Source: an uncultured Rickettsiales bacterium (GTDB lineage Bacteria > Myxococcota_A > UBA796 > UBA9615). From it: DNA of 64,000 bases. The position numbers were made by a program, and so were the translations under genes. The stretch covers positions 8,458-72,457 of the forward strand of contig CAYFOA010000009.1 in assembly GCA_964344575.1 (NCBI GenBank). The letters run 5' to 3'. The notes under the pieces are model-generated. The model saw only the letters and a program-made list of their open reading frames with translations. It had not been told where the DNA came from and ran no database searches. Below are positions 33,159-42,088 of this stretch, in pieces. Numbering within the stretch: the stretch's first letter is position 1; every line of letters begins with the position of its first letter.

Positions 33159-34207
33159 GGCGGCTCCTGCTGCTCGTCGTCGTCTTCGCGACCGGCTGCA
33201 CCGCGTCGCTGCCCGCCGTCCGCGGCTACCACGACACCCTCCGCGAGCGGATCCACCGGGCCAAGGCGCTCGGCGCGATGGAGTGCGCCCCCGCCGACCT
33301 CGCCGCCGCCCAGGCCCACTTCCGGTTCGCCACCCTGGAGCTGTCCCAGGGTGACTCGAACCGGGCCTACCACCACGTCGAGCTCGGGCTCGACCACGCC
33401 GACTCCGCCATCACCGCGGGGACCGGCTGCCCCGCCCAGGGGGTCCGCCCCAAGGACCTGCTCGCCGACCCCTGGCCCGACGCCGACGGGGACGAGGTGC
33501 AGACCGTGGACGACGAGTGCCCCTACGCGATCGAGGACCGCGACGGGTACGCCGATCTGGACGGCTGCCCCGAGCCGGACAACGACCTCGACGGCGTGCT
33601 GGACCGGCAGGACGAGTGCCCGATGGACGCCGAGGACGTCGACGGTTTCCAGGACGCCGACGGCTGCCCCGATCCGGACAACGACGGGGACGGGGTCGCC
33701 GACACCAGCGACTACTGCCCCACCGCCGCGGAGACGATGAACGGGTTCGAGGACGACGACGGTTGCCCCGACTTCAAGCCGGTGCACGTCGACGTCCTCG
33801 ACGACCGCATCGCCTTCAAGAAGCCGCTCGTCTTCCTCGACAAGTCGCCGGTGCTGCTCGGCATGTCCCACCCGGCGCTCCGGGAGGTCGCCCAGCTGCT
33901 CGCCGCGAACCCCGGCATGCGGCTCGCGATCGGGGGACACACCGACAACCGGGGCGAGCCCGAGGCGCTGCAGAAGCTCAGCGAGGGGCGGGCGAAGTCG
34001 GTGTACGACTACCTCCTCCAGCAGGGGGTCGCGGCGGAGCGGCTGTCGCACGCGGGCTACGGGGACACGCAGCCGGTCTCGACGAACCGGACGTCCGCGG
34101 GGCGCAAGCTGAACCACCGCGTCGAGGTGCTGATCGTGCCCGCCGACGCGCCCCCGCCCGAGGCGCCCGCCCCCGAGCCGGCGCCCGACGAGGCCGGTCC
34201 GATCTGA
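33155..34207 (+). CDS. OmpA-family lipoprotein with thrombospondin type-3-like Ca-binding repeats
   Basis: The GTG overlaps the upstream TGA. Lipobox VVVFATGC. Repeated DxDxDGxxDxxDxCP units are followed by an OmpA C-terminal domain (AIGGHTDNRGEPEALQKLSEGRAKSVYDYL). Confidence 0.8.
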   Translation: MRRLLLLVVVFATGCTASLPAVRGYHDTLRERIHRAKALGAMECAPADLAAAQAHFRFATLELSQGDSNRAYHHVELGLDHADSAITAGTGCPAQGVRPKDLLADPWPDADGDEVQTVDDECPYAIEDRDGYADLDGCPEPDNDLDGVLDRQDECPMDAEDVDGFQDADGCPDPDNDGDGVADTSDYCPTAAETMNGFEDDDGCPDFKPVHVDVLDDRIAFKKPLVFLDKSPVLLGMSHPALREVAQLLAANPGMRLAIGGHTDNRGEPEALQKLSEGRAKSVYDYLLQQGVAAERLSHAGYGDTQPVSTNRTSAGRKLNHRVEVLIVPADAPPPEAPAPEPAPDEAGPI

Positions 34208-34899
34208 TGCGCGGGGCGGCGCGCGCGGTCCTCGCCGCAGCGGCCCTCCTGGTCGCCGCCCCGGCGGCCGCCGCGGACGCCTCCTTCGACCTCGCCGCGT
34301 GGGCGATGTCCCTCGATCCCGACCGCCCCGCGGGGGGCGACTGGGTGCTCTACGAGGGGGGCCCCGAGATCCCCCCCGAGGTCGCCGGCACGCTCCGGAC
34401 GTCGCTGTACGCCGAGGACGCGCTGCTCCCCCGCGTCGCCGTCGAGGAGCTCGCCGCGTACGGCGTCCCCGCGGGGGAGGCGATGCTCCTGGAGCTGGCC
34501 CGGAGCGAGCGCTGGATGGGGCTGGACGAGGACCTCCGGCTGGAGATCGTGGTCGCGCTCCGGGAGATGCGGAGCGGGCGGGCGCTCCCCGTCCTCGGGA
34601 GGATCGCGCTGGCGGACGACGGCGCGGTCTCGCGCGAGGCGATCCGCGCCCTGTGCGAGTCCGCCGCCCCGGAGGCGGACCCGGTCCTCGGCGCGGTGAT
34701 CGCGCGCGGCGACCGCAAGGCCCAGAAGGCGGTCATCCGGTGGCTCCGCCGCACGGGCGAGCGCGACCGCGCCAAGGAGGCCCGCGCCCTGCGCCGCGCC
34801 GACCGCCGCGAGGACCGGACCGAGCGCCGAGAGGACCGCAAGGAGCGCCGGGAAGAGCGCCGGGAGGAGCGCCGCGACCGGAACGACGACGACCCGTAG
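34207..34899 (+). CDS. Secreted HEAT/PBS-lyase-like repeat protein with an Arg/Glu-rich tail
   Basis: The ATG overlaps the upstream TGA. It has a signal peptide and helical repeats. The C-terminus REDRTERREDRKERREERREERRDRNDDDP is low-complexity. Confidence 0.55.
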   Translation: MRGAARAVLAAAALLVAAPAAAADASFDLAAWAMSLDPDRPAGGDWVLYEGGPEIPPEVAGTLRTSLYAEDALLPRVAVEELAAYGVPAGEAMLLELARSERWMGLDEDLRLEIVVALREMRSGRALPVLGRIALADDGAVSREAIRALCESAAPEADPVLGAVIARGDRKAQKAVIRWLRRTGERDRAKEARALRRADRREDRTERREDRKERREERREERRDRNDDDP

Positions 34900-35390
34900 T
34901 GGCGACGAAGGGCTGCTACGATCCGGCAGTGGAAGGCGGCCCCTCTGACGAGCGCCTCGTCTCCGCGCTGGTCTCCGTCCTCGGGGGCGACGAGCGGGTC
35001 GCAGCGGCGTGGGTCTTCGGCAGTCGCGCCCGGGGAGACGCCGGCCCCGGAAGCGATCTCGACGTGGCGGTCCTGGCGAGCTCGGACTTGAACGCGACGG
35101 AGCGGGCGGCGCTGGGGCTCGAGCTGATCGGCCGAGTCTCGGACGCTGTCGCGGATCTCGTGCCCGCCGTGGGGGAGGGGCGGGACCGAGCCGACGTGGT
35201 CGTCCTGCAGGACGCCGATCCACTGCTGGTCCGCTCGGCGCTGACGGAGGGCAGGTTGCTCTCCGAGCGGAACCGCGATGCTCGCATCGGGTTCGAGGTG
35301 GCAGCCATGGACCGGTGGGTCATCGCGGATCGGTTGGCGGCGGAGTACCGGCGCGCGCGGGCCCGCCGGTATGGGGTGACGCTCCGGTGA
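34899..35390 (+). CDS. MNT-type minimal nucleotidyltransferase (antitoxin of the HepT/MNT pair)
   Basis: Signature VFGSRARGDAGPGSDLDVAVL (GSx2RGx5SDxD). The GTG overlaps the upstream TAG. Confidence 0.78.
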   Translation: MATKGCYDPAVEGGPSDERLVSALVSVLGGDERVAAAWVFGSRARGDAGPGSDLDVAVLASSDLNATERAALGLELIGRVSDAVADLVPAVGEGRDRADVVVLQDADPLLVRSALTEGRLLSERNRDARIGFEVAAMDRWVIADRLAAEYRRARARRYGVTLR

Positions 35391-35824
35391 GCCCCGCCGA
35401 GGCCCGAGTCGAGGAGCGCGTCGATACGATCGAGAGGAGCTGCGAGCGGCTCGACCGCATGGCCGCCGACGGCCGCGACCGGTTCGACGCGGACTCCGAC
35501 ACCCGAGACGTGGCCGCCCTGCGGGTCCAGCTCGGGGTCCAGGCCGCCATCGACATCGCCAGCCACCTCATCGCCGCGAGGGGCTGGACCCGCTCCTCCG
35601 ACTACCGCGGGTTGTTCCTGGAGCTGGGCCGCCGTGAGGTCCTCTCGCCGGAGCTCGCAGCCCGCCTCGCCGACGCGGCGGGCATGCGGAACGTCCTCGT
35701 TCACGGCTACCTGGAGGTCGATCCGGACCTCCTGTGGGGCGCCGTGGTGAAGGGACCGGCCGACCTCCGAGCCTTCGTCGCCGCGGTCTACCGCCTGCTG
35801 GCCTCGGAGGCTCAGGGCGTGTAG
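35387..35824 (+). CDS. HepT-like HEPN-domain toxin (DUF86)
   Basis: The GTG overlaps the MNT stop (GTGA). HEPN Rx4-6H motif MRNVLVHGY near the C-terminus. About 145 aa. Confidence 0.78.
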   Translation: MSPAEARVEERVDTIERSCERLDRMAADGRDRFDADSDTRDVAALRVQLGVQAAIDIASHLIAARGWTRSSDYRGLFLELGRREVLSPELAARLADAAGMRNVLVHGYLEVDPDLLWGAVVKGPADLRAFVAAVYRLLASEAQGV

Positions 35825-38697
35825 CGGTAGACCGTCAGGCCGCGGTCGCCGGTGTTGTCGGCCCAGAAGTCGTCCTCGATGACGAGGCTGAAGTCCCACG
35901 TCCCTGAGGGGAGCGTGACGGACTGCAACGGGAGCGCGCAGGCGGTGGGGTCGCCCGTGTCGACGCGGATGAGGCCGTCGTTGCCGGGGGTCCCGTCGTC
36001 GCTCGCGTACAGCCCGTGGCCGCCGAGGCCGGCGCTGCCGCAGGCCGTCGTCTCGAGGAGGAGCCGGTCGCCGGGGCCGAGGGTCGCGCTCGCGTTGGAC
36101 GCCGCCGGCGCCCCGTCGCTCGCGTCCGCCGACGCCACGAAGTCGCTCACCACCTCCGTCCCCAGGCTGGTGTCGAGCTGGTCGTAGTAGACGAACCGGA
36201 CCTGGATCTCGTCGTCCCCCGTGTTGTCCGTCCCCGAACTCGGGTCGTACTGGAGGTTGACGCTGATCGTGCCGAGCGCCGCGTTCACGTTCCGCTGGAC
36301 GACCAGCTCGTCCCAGGGTCCGACCGTCGCGCCGTCGTAGGCCCAGTCCCGGAAGCCCGTGAAGAGCCACGTGGTCCCCAGGGTCCCGAGGTCGACCTTG
36401 AAGTGGCCGTCCGCGCTGAGGTCGGGGTTGTGGACGATGAACTCCAGGAGCCCGTCGAACGGCGCCTCGAAGCCGCACACCTGGGAGCCCGCGGAGGCCG
36501 GGTCCGCGACCGACAGCACGCACACCGGCATCGAGTCGACGTACACCGAATCCGTCGCCGGGGCGCTGTCCTGCAGCCCGTCGCTGGCGACCACCCGGCA
36601 GGAGTACTGCCCGCTCGGGACCGACGATCCGCCGGGGTACGTCGCGGGGAGCGAGGCGAACGTCGCGCCGATGGGGACGCCGCCCAGCAGCCACTCGCCG
36701 GAGTACGTCACCGGCAGCCCCTCGGGGTCGACCGAAACGCCGAGGAGGTCGCACACGAGGTCGTCCGCGTCGTCCGGGTGGGTCGGGGTCAGGCCGATGA
36801 TCGGCGTCGTCGGGGGGAGGTCGAGCCCGCACGTCGACTCGGTGCTGAACGAGGCCGCCACCATGAAGGCGTCGTGGCCGCTCAGGCTGACGTCGTGGGC
36901 GACCGTGCCGGTCCCCTCCTCGAACGTCCACATGCCGAGCGTGTCGGCGTCGGCGCTCAGCGACGTGTCGGGGATGAAGGGGATGCCGTAGCGCGCCACC
37001 GAGCTGATCCGGACGTCGTCGATCAGCCCCTCGAAGGGATCCCCCACGCTCGCCGCGTCGGCGCCGATCTTGAGGTCCGCCGCCGCCGCCCCGCTGGGGG
37101 ACGGGAGCGCCGCCGAGGCGTCCGGCTGGCCGTCGAGGAAGAACGTCGCCTGCCCGCTGCCGCTGTCGTACACGAGCGCGACGTGGTGCCACTCCCCGTC
37201 GTTGACGGCGAGGTCGGCGGTCAGCAGCGGGTTGGCGCCGATGGAGACGTGGAAGAAGGGGAAGCCGCCGTCGTCCAGGGCCAGGTGCCAGCCGTTGTCG
37301 CTGCCGGGGTCGCGCTTGCTGACGATCGCGCCGGGGGCCTCGTCCGGCCGGACCCACGCCTCCACCGTGAAGTCGCCGCTGTCGAGGCGGAGCGCGGGGT
37401 CGTCGAGCACCAGCGCGTGCGACGCGCCCGCCGTCCCCTGCCCCTCGAAGCTGAAGCAGCCCGCCTCGATGGTGACGTCGTCGCTGCCCGGCTCGCCCTG
37501 GAGGGTGCCGTCGGTCGCGGTCACCTCGCACGTCCACACCTCCCCCACGGACGTCTCCGCCCACGGCAGCACGGCGTCGGCGTGGGCGGTCGGCGTGCCG
37601 TCGCGCACCCACGCGTAGGCGTAGGAGACGACGTCGCCGAGGTCGGGGTCGACGGCCTCGACGGTCACCTCGCACAGCAGGTCGGCGGCCTGCGTCGGCT
37701 CCGCGGGGGAGATCGCGACCTCCGGCGGCCCGGGCGCCGTGTCCGGGACGATGACCTCCAGCGTCGCGGGGATGCCCGTCACCTCGAGCGGGTCGACGGG
37801 CGTGACCTCCATCACCCACACCTGGTCCCGGGCGAGGTCGGCGGCGGGGATGATGTGGCCGGGGGCGTCCTCGGGGAAGAACCAGGGGGCGTCGTTCAGG
37901 TACCAGCGGAAGCCGTACGTGACCTCCTCGCCCTCGGGGTCGACCGACTCGGACGTGATGATGCCGACCATGTCCTCGAAGATCGACGGCGGGTTCGGCT
38001 CGATGGCGATGCCCGGCGTCGACGGGGCCCCGTTGGTGATGACGTAGACGACGTCGGTGCAGACCAGCCCCGCGCCGTCGGTCACCGTCAGGGTCAGCTC
38101 GTGGTTGGACGCGCTCACCGTGACCTCGGCGCTGATGACGCCGACCTCGTTGGCGGGGCTCTCGTCCAGCACCCCGTCGACGTCGCTCGACCAGCTCACC
38201 GCCAGCTCGTCCAGCGGGGTGTTGTCGTCGTCGACCTGGCCCTGGAGGAGGATGGGGACGGAGCTGTCGAGCACGACCTCGCCCGTCGGCGACGTGATCG
38301 TGCACAGCGGCGCGACGTCGTCGACGACGGTGATGGCGATCGTCTCGCGGGTCGTCGCACCGTCGGTGTCGGTCGCCCGGAGCGTGACGTCGTGGTCCCC
38401 GGCGGACGGGTCGGTCCACTCGTAGCGGGTGTTGCCGTCGTCGTCGTCGGTCAGCCCCTCGTAGAGCACGCCGTCGATGTCCGACGTCCACGCGACCTCG
38501 ATGATCCCGCCGCCGGCGCCGCTGTCGAGCGCCCGCCCGCGCAGGACGATCGGCTCGTCGGCGCTGTGCACCGAGCCGTCGACGGGCTGCTGGATGACGA
38601 CCTCGGGGAGGTTGTTGGACGTGCTGATGTTGACGCCGTTGCAGCCGCACCCCGACAGGAGCGCGCAGGCCGCCGCGGCGACGACGAGGGAACGCAT
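35812..38697 (-). CDS. Large surface lipoprotein with tandem Ig-like/beta-sandwich repeats and a LamG (concanavalin-A-like) domain
   Basis: The ATG at 38697 (MRSLVVAAAACALLSGC lipobox) is preferred over the GTG at 38718. The LamG-like segment is FTVEAWVRPDEAPGAIVSKRDPGSDNGWHLALDDGG...GEWHHVALVYDS...LIDDVRISS. The stop overlaps HepT by 13 nt (convergent). Confidence 0.72.
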   Translation of the reverse strand: MRSLVVAAAACALLSGCGCNGVNISTSNNLPEVVIQQPVDGSVHSADEPIVLRGRALDSGAGGGIIEVAWTSDIDGVLYEGLTDDDDGNTRYEWTDPSAGDHDVTLRATDTDGATTRETIAITVVDDVAPLCTITSPTGEVVLDSSVPILLQGQVDDDNTPLDELAVSWSSDVDGVLDESPANEVGVISAEVTVSASNHELTLTVTDGAGLVCTDVVYVITNGAPSTPGIAIEPNPPSIFEDMVGIITSESVDPEGEEVTYGFRWYLNDAPWFFPEDAPGHIIPAADLARDQVWVMEVTPVDPLEVTGIPATLEVIVPDTAPGPPEVAISPAEPTQAADLLCEVTVEAVDPDLGDVVSYAYAWVRDGTPTAHADAVLPWAETSVGEVWTCEVTATDGTLQGEPGSDDVTIEAGCFSFEGQGTAGASHALVLDDPALRLDSGDFTVEAWVRPDEAPGAIVSKRDPGSDNGWHLALDDGGFPFFHVSIGANPLLTADLAVNDGEWHHVALVYDSGSGQATFFLDGQPDASAALPSPSGAAAADLKIGADAASVGDPFEGLIDDVRISSVARYGIPFIPDTSLSADADTLGMWTFEEGTGTVAHDVSLSGHDAFMVAASFSTESTCGLDLPPTTPIIGLTPTHPDDADDLVCDLLGVSVDPEGLPVTYSGEWLLGGVPIGATFASLPATYPGGSSVPSGQYSCRVVASDGLQDSAPATDSVYVDSMPVCVLSVADPASAGSQVCGFEAPFDGLLEFIVHNPDLSADGHFKVDLGTLGTTWLFTGFRDWAYDGATVGPWDELVVQRNVNAALGTISVNLQYDPSSGTDNTGDDEIQVRFVYYDQLDTSLGTEVVSDFVASADASDGAPAASNASATLGPGDRLLLETTACGSAGLGGHGLYASDDGTPGNDGLIRVDTGDPTACALPLQSVTLPSGTWDFSLVIEDDFWADNTGDRGLTVYRYTP

Positions 38698-38774
38698 GAC
38701 TCGGCTCTCCGGCTCCACTCCGTCGCGCAGTGTACTCGCCCTCGGGATCGCGACCAGCGGGCTATGATCGTCAC

Positions 38775-39692
38775 GTGCGCGCAGTCGTCACCGGGGCCGC
38801 CGGGTTCATCGGCTCCCACCTGTCCGAGGCGCTCGCGCGGGCGGGCCACGACGTGGTCGGCGTCGACGCCTTCACCGACTACTACGACCGGGCGCTCAAG
38901 GACCGGAACGCCGCCGCCGTGCGCGCCGCCGGCGCCGAGGTCCGGGAGCTCGACCTCGCCGCGGACGACCTCGCGGGCGTGGTCGCGGGCGCGGACGTGG
39001 TCTTCCACCTCGCGGGGCAGCCGGGGCTGAGCGCGTCGACCTCCCTGGCGACCTACGTCCGGAACAACATCACCGCGACGGGGCGGCTGATCGAGGCGGC
39101 CACGGCGGCGGTGGACGCCTCGCTGTTCGTGAACATCGCCACGTCCTCGGTGTACGGCGCGATGGCGGACGGCGACGAGACGACGGTCCCCCGCCCGACG
39201 TCCTTCTACGGCATCACCAAGCTGGCCGCCGAGCACCTCGTCATGGCGTCGCCGCTGCCCGCCTGCTCGCTCCGGATCTTCAGCGTGTACGGCCCCCGCG
39301 AGCGTCCCGAGAAGCTCTTCCCGGGGCTGATCGAGGCGATCGCCGCGGACCGGCCGTTCCCGCTCTTCGAGGGGGCCGAGGAGCACGAGCGGTCGTTCAC
39401 CTACGTGGGCGACATCGTGCACGGGTGCCTCGCTGCCCTCCAGCGGCGGGAGGACGTCCTCGGGCAGGTGATCAACCTCGGAACGGAGGCTTCCTACCGG
39501 ACGATGGAGGGGGTCGCGATCGTGCAGGAGCTGATGGGGAAGGAGGCCCGCTTCGAGCGCCTCCCGCGGCGCCCCGGGGACCAGCTGAGGACGTCCGCGT
39601 CCATCGATCGCGCGCGCCGCCTGCTCGGGTACGAGCCGACCACGACGCTGCGCGAGGGACTCGCCGCCGAGGTGGCCTGGTTCGCCGGCTGA
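38775..39692 (+). CDS. NAD-dependent epimerase/dehydratase family protein (UDP-sugar epimerase-like)
   Basis: Rossmann motif VTGAAGFIGSHL lies immediately after the GTG at 38775. The SDR-extended YxxxK region is present. Confidence 0.82.
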   Translation: MRAVVTGAAGFIGSHLSEALARAGHDVVGVDAFTDYYDRALKDRNAAAVRAAGAEVRELDLAADDLAGVVAGADVVFHLAGQPGLSASTSLATYVRNNITATGRLIEAATAAVDASLFVNIATSSVYGAMADGDETTVPRPTSFYGITKLAAEHLVMASPLPACSLRIFSVYGPRERPEKLFPGLIEAIAADRPFPLFEGAEEHERSFTYVGDIVHGCLAALQRREDVLGQVINLGTEASYRTMEGVAIVQELMGKEARFERLPRRPGDQLRTSASIDRARRLLGYEPTTTLREGLAAEVAWFAG

Positions 39693-39754
39693 GCGATCCC
39701 CAGGGCGCGATCTTGCCCGCCCGGTGTGAGCGCCCCTTGCTCTGGGGTGGGCGC

Positions 39755-40702
39755 ATGATGAAGAAGACCCTCCCCCTCGCCGCCCTCCTGTCCCTCGCCG
39801 CGTGCGACACGCAGCCCGCCGAGTTCGACACCGAGCTGATGACGACGTACGGCCACGTGGTCGACGACCGCGCCTGGGCCGTCGGCTCGACGATGTACCT
39901 CGAGGCGACGGTGACCGGCCCCCGCCGCAACATCGTGGTGGACTTCGAGTCCGCCGACGGCGAGGTCATCGCGGGCACGTCCGACAGCTACGCCGGCGAG
40001 GGCTACATCCCCGGCCCCTGGGACCTGATGTACGGCCCCGGCCTGAGCAGCTCCTACGCGTACGCGGACGCGGCGGTGAACGAGGCGGGCGGCTTCGAGA
40101 TCGTCGTCAACACGGCCCGCGGCAAGGAGATCAGCCGCACCCCCCTGATGGCCGAGGAGCCCGCCGGCTACGCGCTCGGCGTGGTGCTCGACGACTGCCC
40201 CGAGTTCCCCGACCTCGTCTTCCGCGAGGACCCGACGATGCTCGAGGGGAGCGAGGTCATGCTCGCCCCGGCGCCCATCGGCGAGGGCGGCGACCAGCTC
40301 GTCGGCCACTTCGACTTCGGGACGTCCGGCGACGGCGTCGAGGTCGACGCGTGGGGCGGCGACTACGCCTACGTGACGGTCGGCGGGGACGACTTCACGC
40401 TGAGCTTCGAGATCGACGGCGCGTCCCACGACTTCGACATCAAGACGGCCGGGGTCGAGGAGATCGTCGAGATCGAGATCGCCGACGTCCCCGAGAAGCA
40501 CGGCATGGCGAACCAGTCGCTGCTCTGCGTGATCGGCCGGACCGCGGACGGCGCGCCGGTCCACGGCATCGCCCCGGAGTGGTCGACGGGCTGGACGGCG
40601 CCGACCGTCCACGCGGACAACTTCAGCACGGTCGACGCCTGCTTCGGTGAGCTGTGCGCGAGCTGGGAAGGCCCCGACGCGGGCGCCGACCCCGTCCAGT
40701 AG
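39755..40702 (+). CDS. Hypothetical lipoprotein
   Basis: MMKKTLPLAALLSLAAC lipobox. The 110 codons upstream in the track ORF are an Arg/Gly-rich artefact overlapping the epimerase gene. Confidence 0.62.
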   Translation: MMKKTLPLAALLSLAACDTQPAEFDTELMTTYGHVVDDRAWAVGSTMYLEATVTGPRRNIVVDFESADGEVIAGTSDSYAGEGYIPGPWDLMYGPGLSSSYAYADAAVNEAGGFEIVVNTARGKEISRTPLMAEEPAGYALGVVLDDCPEFPDLVFREDPTMLEGSEVMLAPAPIGEGGDQLVGHFDFGTSGDGVEVDAWGGDYAYVTVGGDDFTLSFEIDGASHDFDIKTAGVEEIVEIEIADVPEKHGMANQSLLCVIGRTADGAPVHGIAPEWSTGWTAPTVHADNFSTVDACFGELCASWEGPDAGADPVQ

Positions 40703-40708
40703 CCGCCG

Positions 40709-42043
40709 TCAGGCGCCGCGCGCGGCCTTCCGCTCGGCCTCGGTGCGGACGAAGTCCTTGTACGTCCGCAGCGGCTGGTCGCTCTCCACCTCGACCATCG
40801 TGATGCAATCGGGGACGGGGCAGACCATCTGGCAGAGGTTGCAGCCGACGCACTCCTCCTCGTCCACGAAGGGGATGCGGGACTCCCAGTCCACCTCCAT
40901 GTCCTCCCGGACCTTCAGCTTCGCCGCCGTCACGGGGTCGAGCCGCTCGGCCCCCTCGCGGAGGTGGATGCACTGGTGGCTGCCGTCGTAGCAGGCGATG
41001 TAGCACTTCTGGCAGCCGATGCACGACGCGTCGTCGATCTTCGCCACGACCTTGTAGTTGAGGTCGAGGTCGCCCCACTCGGTGAACGACGGGACGGCCT
41101 TGCCGATCATGTCGTCCATCGTCGCGAAGCCCTTGTCCTCCATGTAGGTCTCGAGCCCCTCGATCATGTCCTCGACGATGCGGTAGCCGTGGTGCATGAC
41201 GGCGGTGCAGACCTGGACGGTGGAGGCGCCGAGGAGGAAGAACTCGACCGCGTCGCGCCACGTGCCGACGCCGCCGATCCCGGAGATCGGGAGGTTGAAC
41301 TGCGGGCTCCGGGCCAGCGCGCCGACCATGTGCAGGGCGATGGGGCGGACGGCGGGGCCGCAGTAGCCGCCGTTGGTCGACCGCTCGCCGACCCGGGGGT
41401 TGGGGACGAAGCGGTCGATGTCGACGCTGATGAGCGACTTGATCGTGTTGATCAGGGAGACGCCGTCGGCGCCGCCGGCCTGCGAGGCGAGCCCGTGGGG
41501 GACGATGTCGCCGACGTTCGGCGTCAGCTTCACGAGGACGGGGATGGAGCTGTACTCCTTCGCCCACGACGTGATCTCCTGGTTGACCGCGGGCTCCTGC
41601 CCGACGGCGCTCCCCATGCCGCGCTCGCACATGCCGTGGGGGCAGCCGAAGTTGAGCTCCAGGCCGTCGGCGCCGGCGTCGATCGACCGCTTGATGATGT
41701 CCTTCCACTCCTCGCGGGTCTCGACCATCAGCGACGCGATGACCGCGTGCTTCGGGTAGCGCTTCTTGACCTCGTAGATCTCCGCGAAGTTCACCTCCAG
41801 CGGGCGGTCGGTGATCAGCTCGATGTTGTTGAGCCCGATGATCCGCCGGTCGCCGTAGTGGATGGCGCCGTAGCGCGACGACACGTTCACGATCGGGTCG
41901 CCCAGCGTCTTCCACACCGCGCCGCCCCAGCCGGCGTCGAACGCGCGCATCACCTGGTCGCCCGAGTTGGACGGCGGCGCGCTCGCGAGCCAGAACGGGT
42001 TCGGGGACTGGATGCCGCCGGTGTTGGCAGTGAGATCGACCAT
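40709..42043 (-). CDS. preA: Dihydropyrimidine dehydrogenase subunit PreA (DHOD-like TIM barrel + 2x[4Fe-4S] ferredoxin)
   Basis: MVDLTANTGGIQSPNPFWLASAPPSNSG...NFGCPHGMCERGMGSAVGQ... and C-terminal CIGCQKCYIACY / CVGCNLCQMVCP. GGAGG lies 8 nt upstream of the ATG at 42043. The upstream 840 codons of the track ORF are an artefact. Confidence 0.88.
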   Translation of the reverse strand: MVDLTANTGGIQSPNPFWLASAPPSNSGDQVMRAFDAGWGGAVWKTLGDPIVNVSSRYGAIHYGDRRIIGLNNIELITDRPLEVNFAEIYEVKKRYPKHAVIASLMVETREEWKDIIKRSIDAGADGLELNFGCPHGMCERGMGSAVGQEPAVNQEITSWAKEYSSIPVLVKLTPNVGDIVPHGLASQAGGADGVSLINTIKSLISVDIDRFVPNPRVGERSTNGGYCGPAVRPIALHMVGALARSPQFNLPISGIGGVGTWRDAVEFFLLGASTVQVCTAVMHHGYRIVEDMIEGLETYMEDKGFATMDDMIGKAVPSFTEWGDLDLNYKVVAKIDDASCIGCQKCYIACYDGSHQCIHLREGAERLDPVTAAKLKVREDMEVDWESRIPFVDEEECVGCNLCQMVCPVPDCITMVEVESDQPLRTYKDFVRTEAERKAARGA

Positions 42044-42088
42044 CGAGGAGCCTCCGGACGGCGAGTGTACCCGGGTAGCATCCGCCAG

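Noticed and set aside
33351-33740. Small plus-strand ORFs (for example 33351-33740, 33523-33705) and other ORFs under 130 aa nested inside larger genes throughout the track.
   Set aside because: They are nested in alternate frames of the OmpA-TSP3 gene and others. Composition is biased, and they have no start context.
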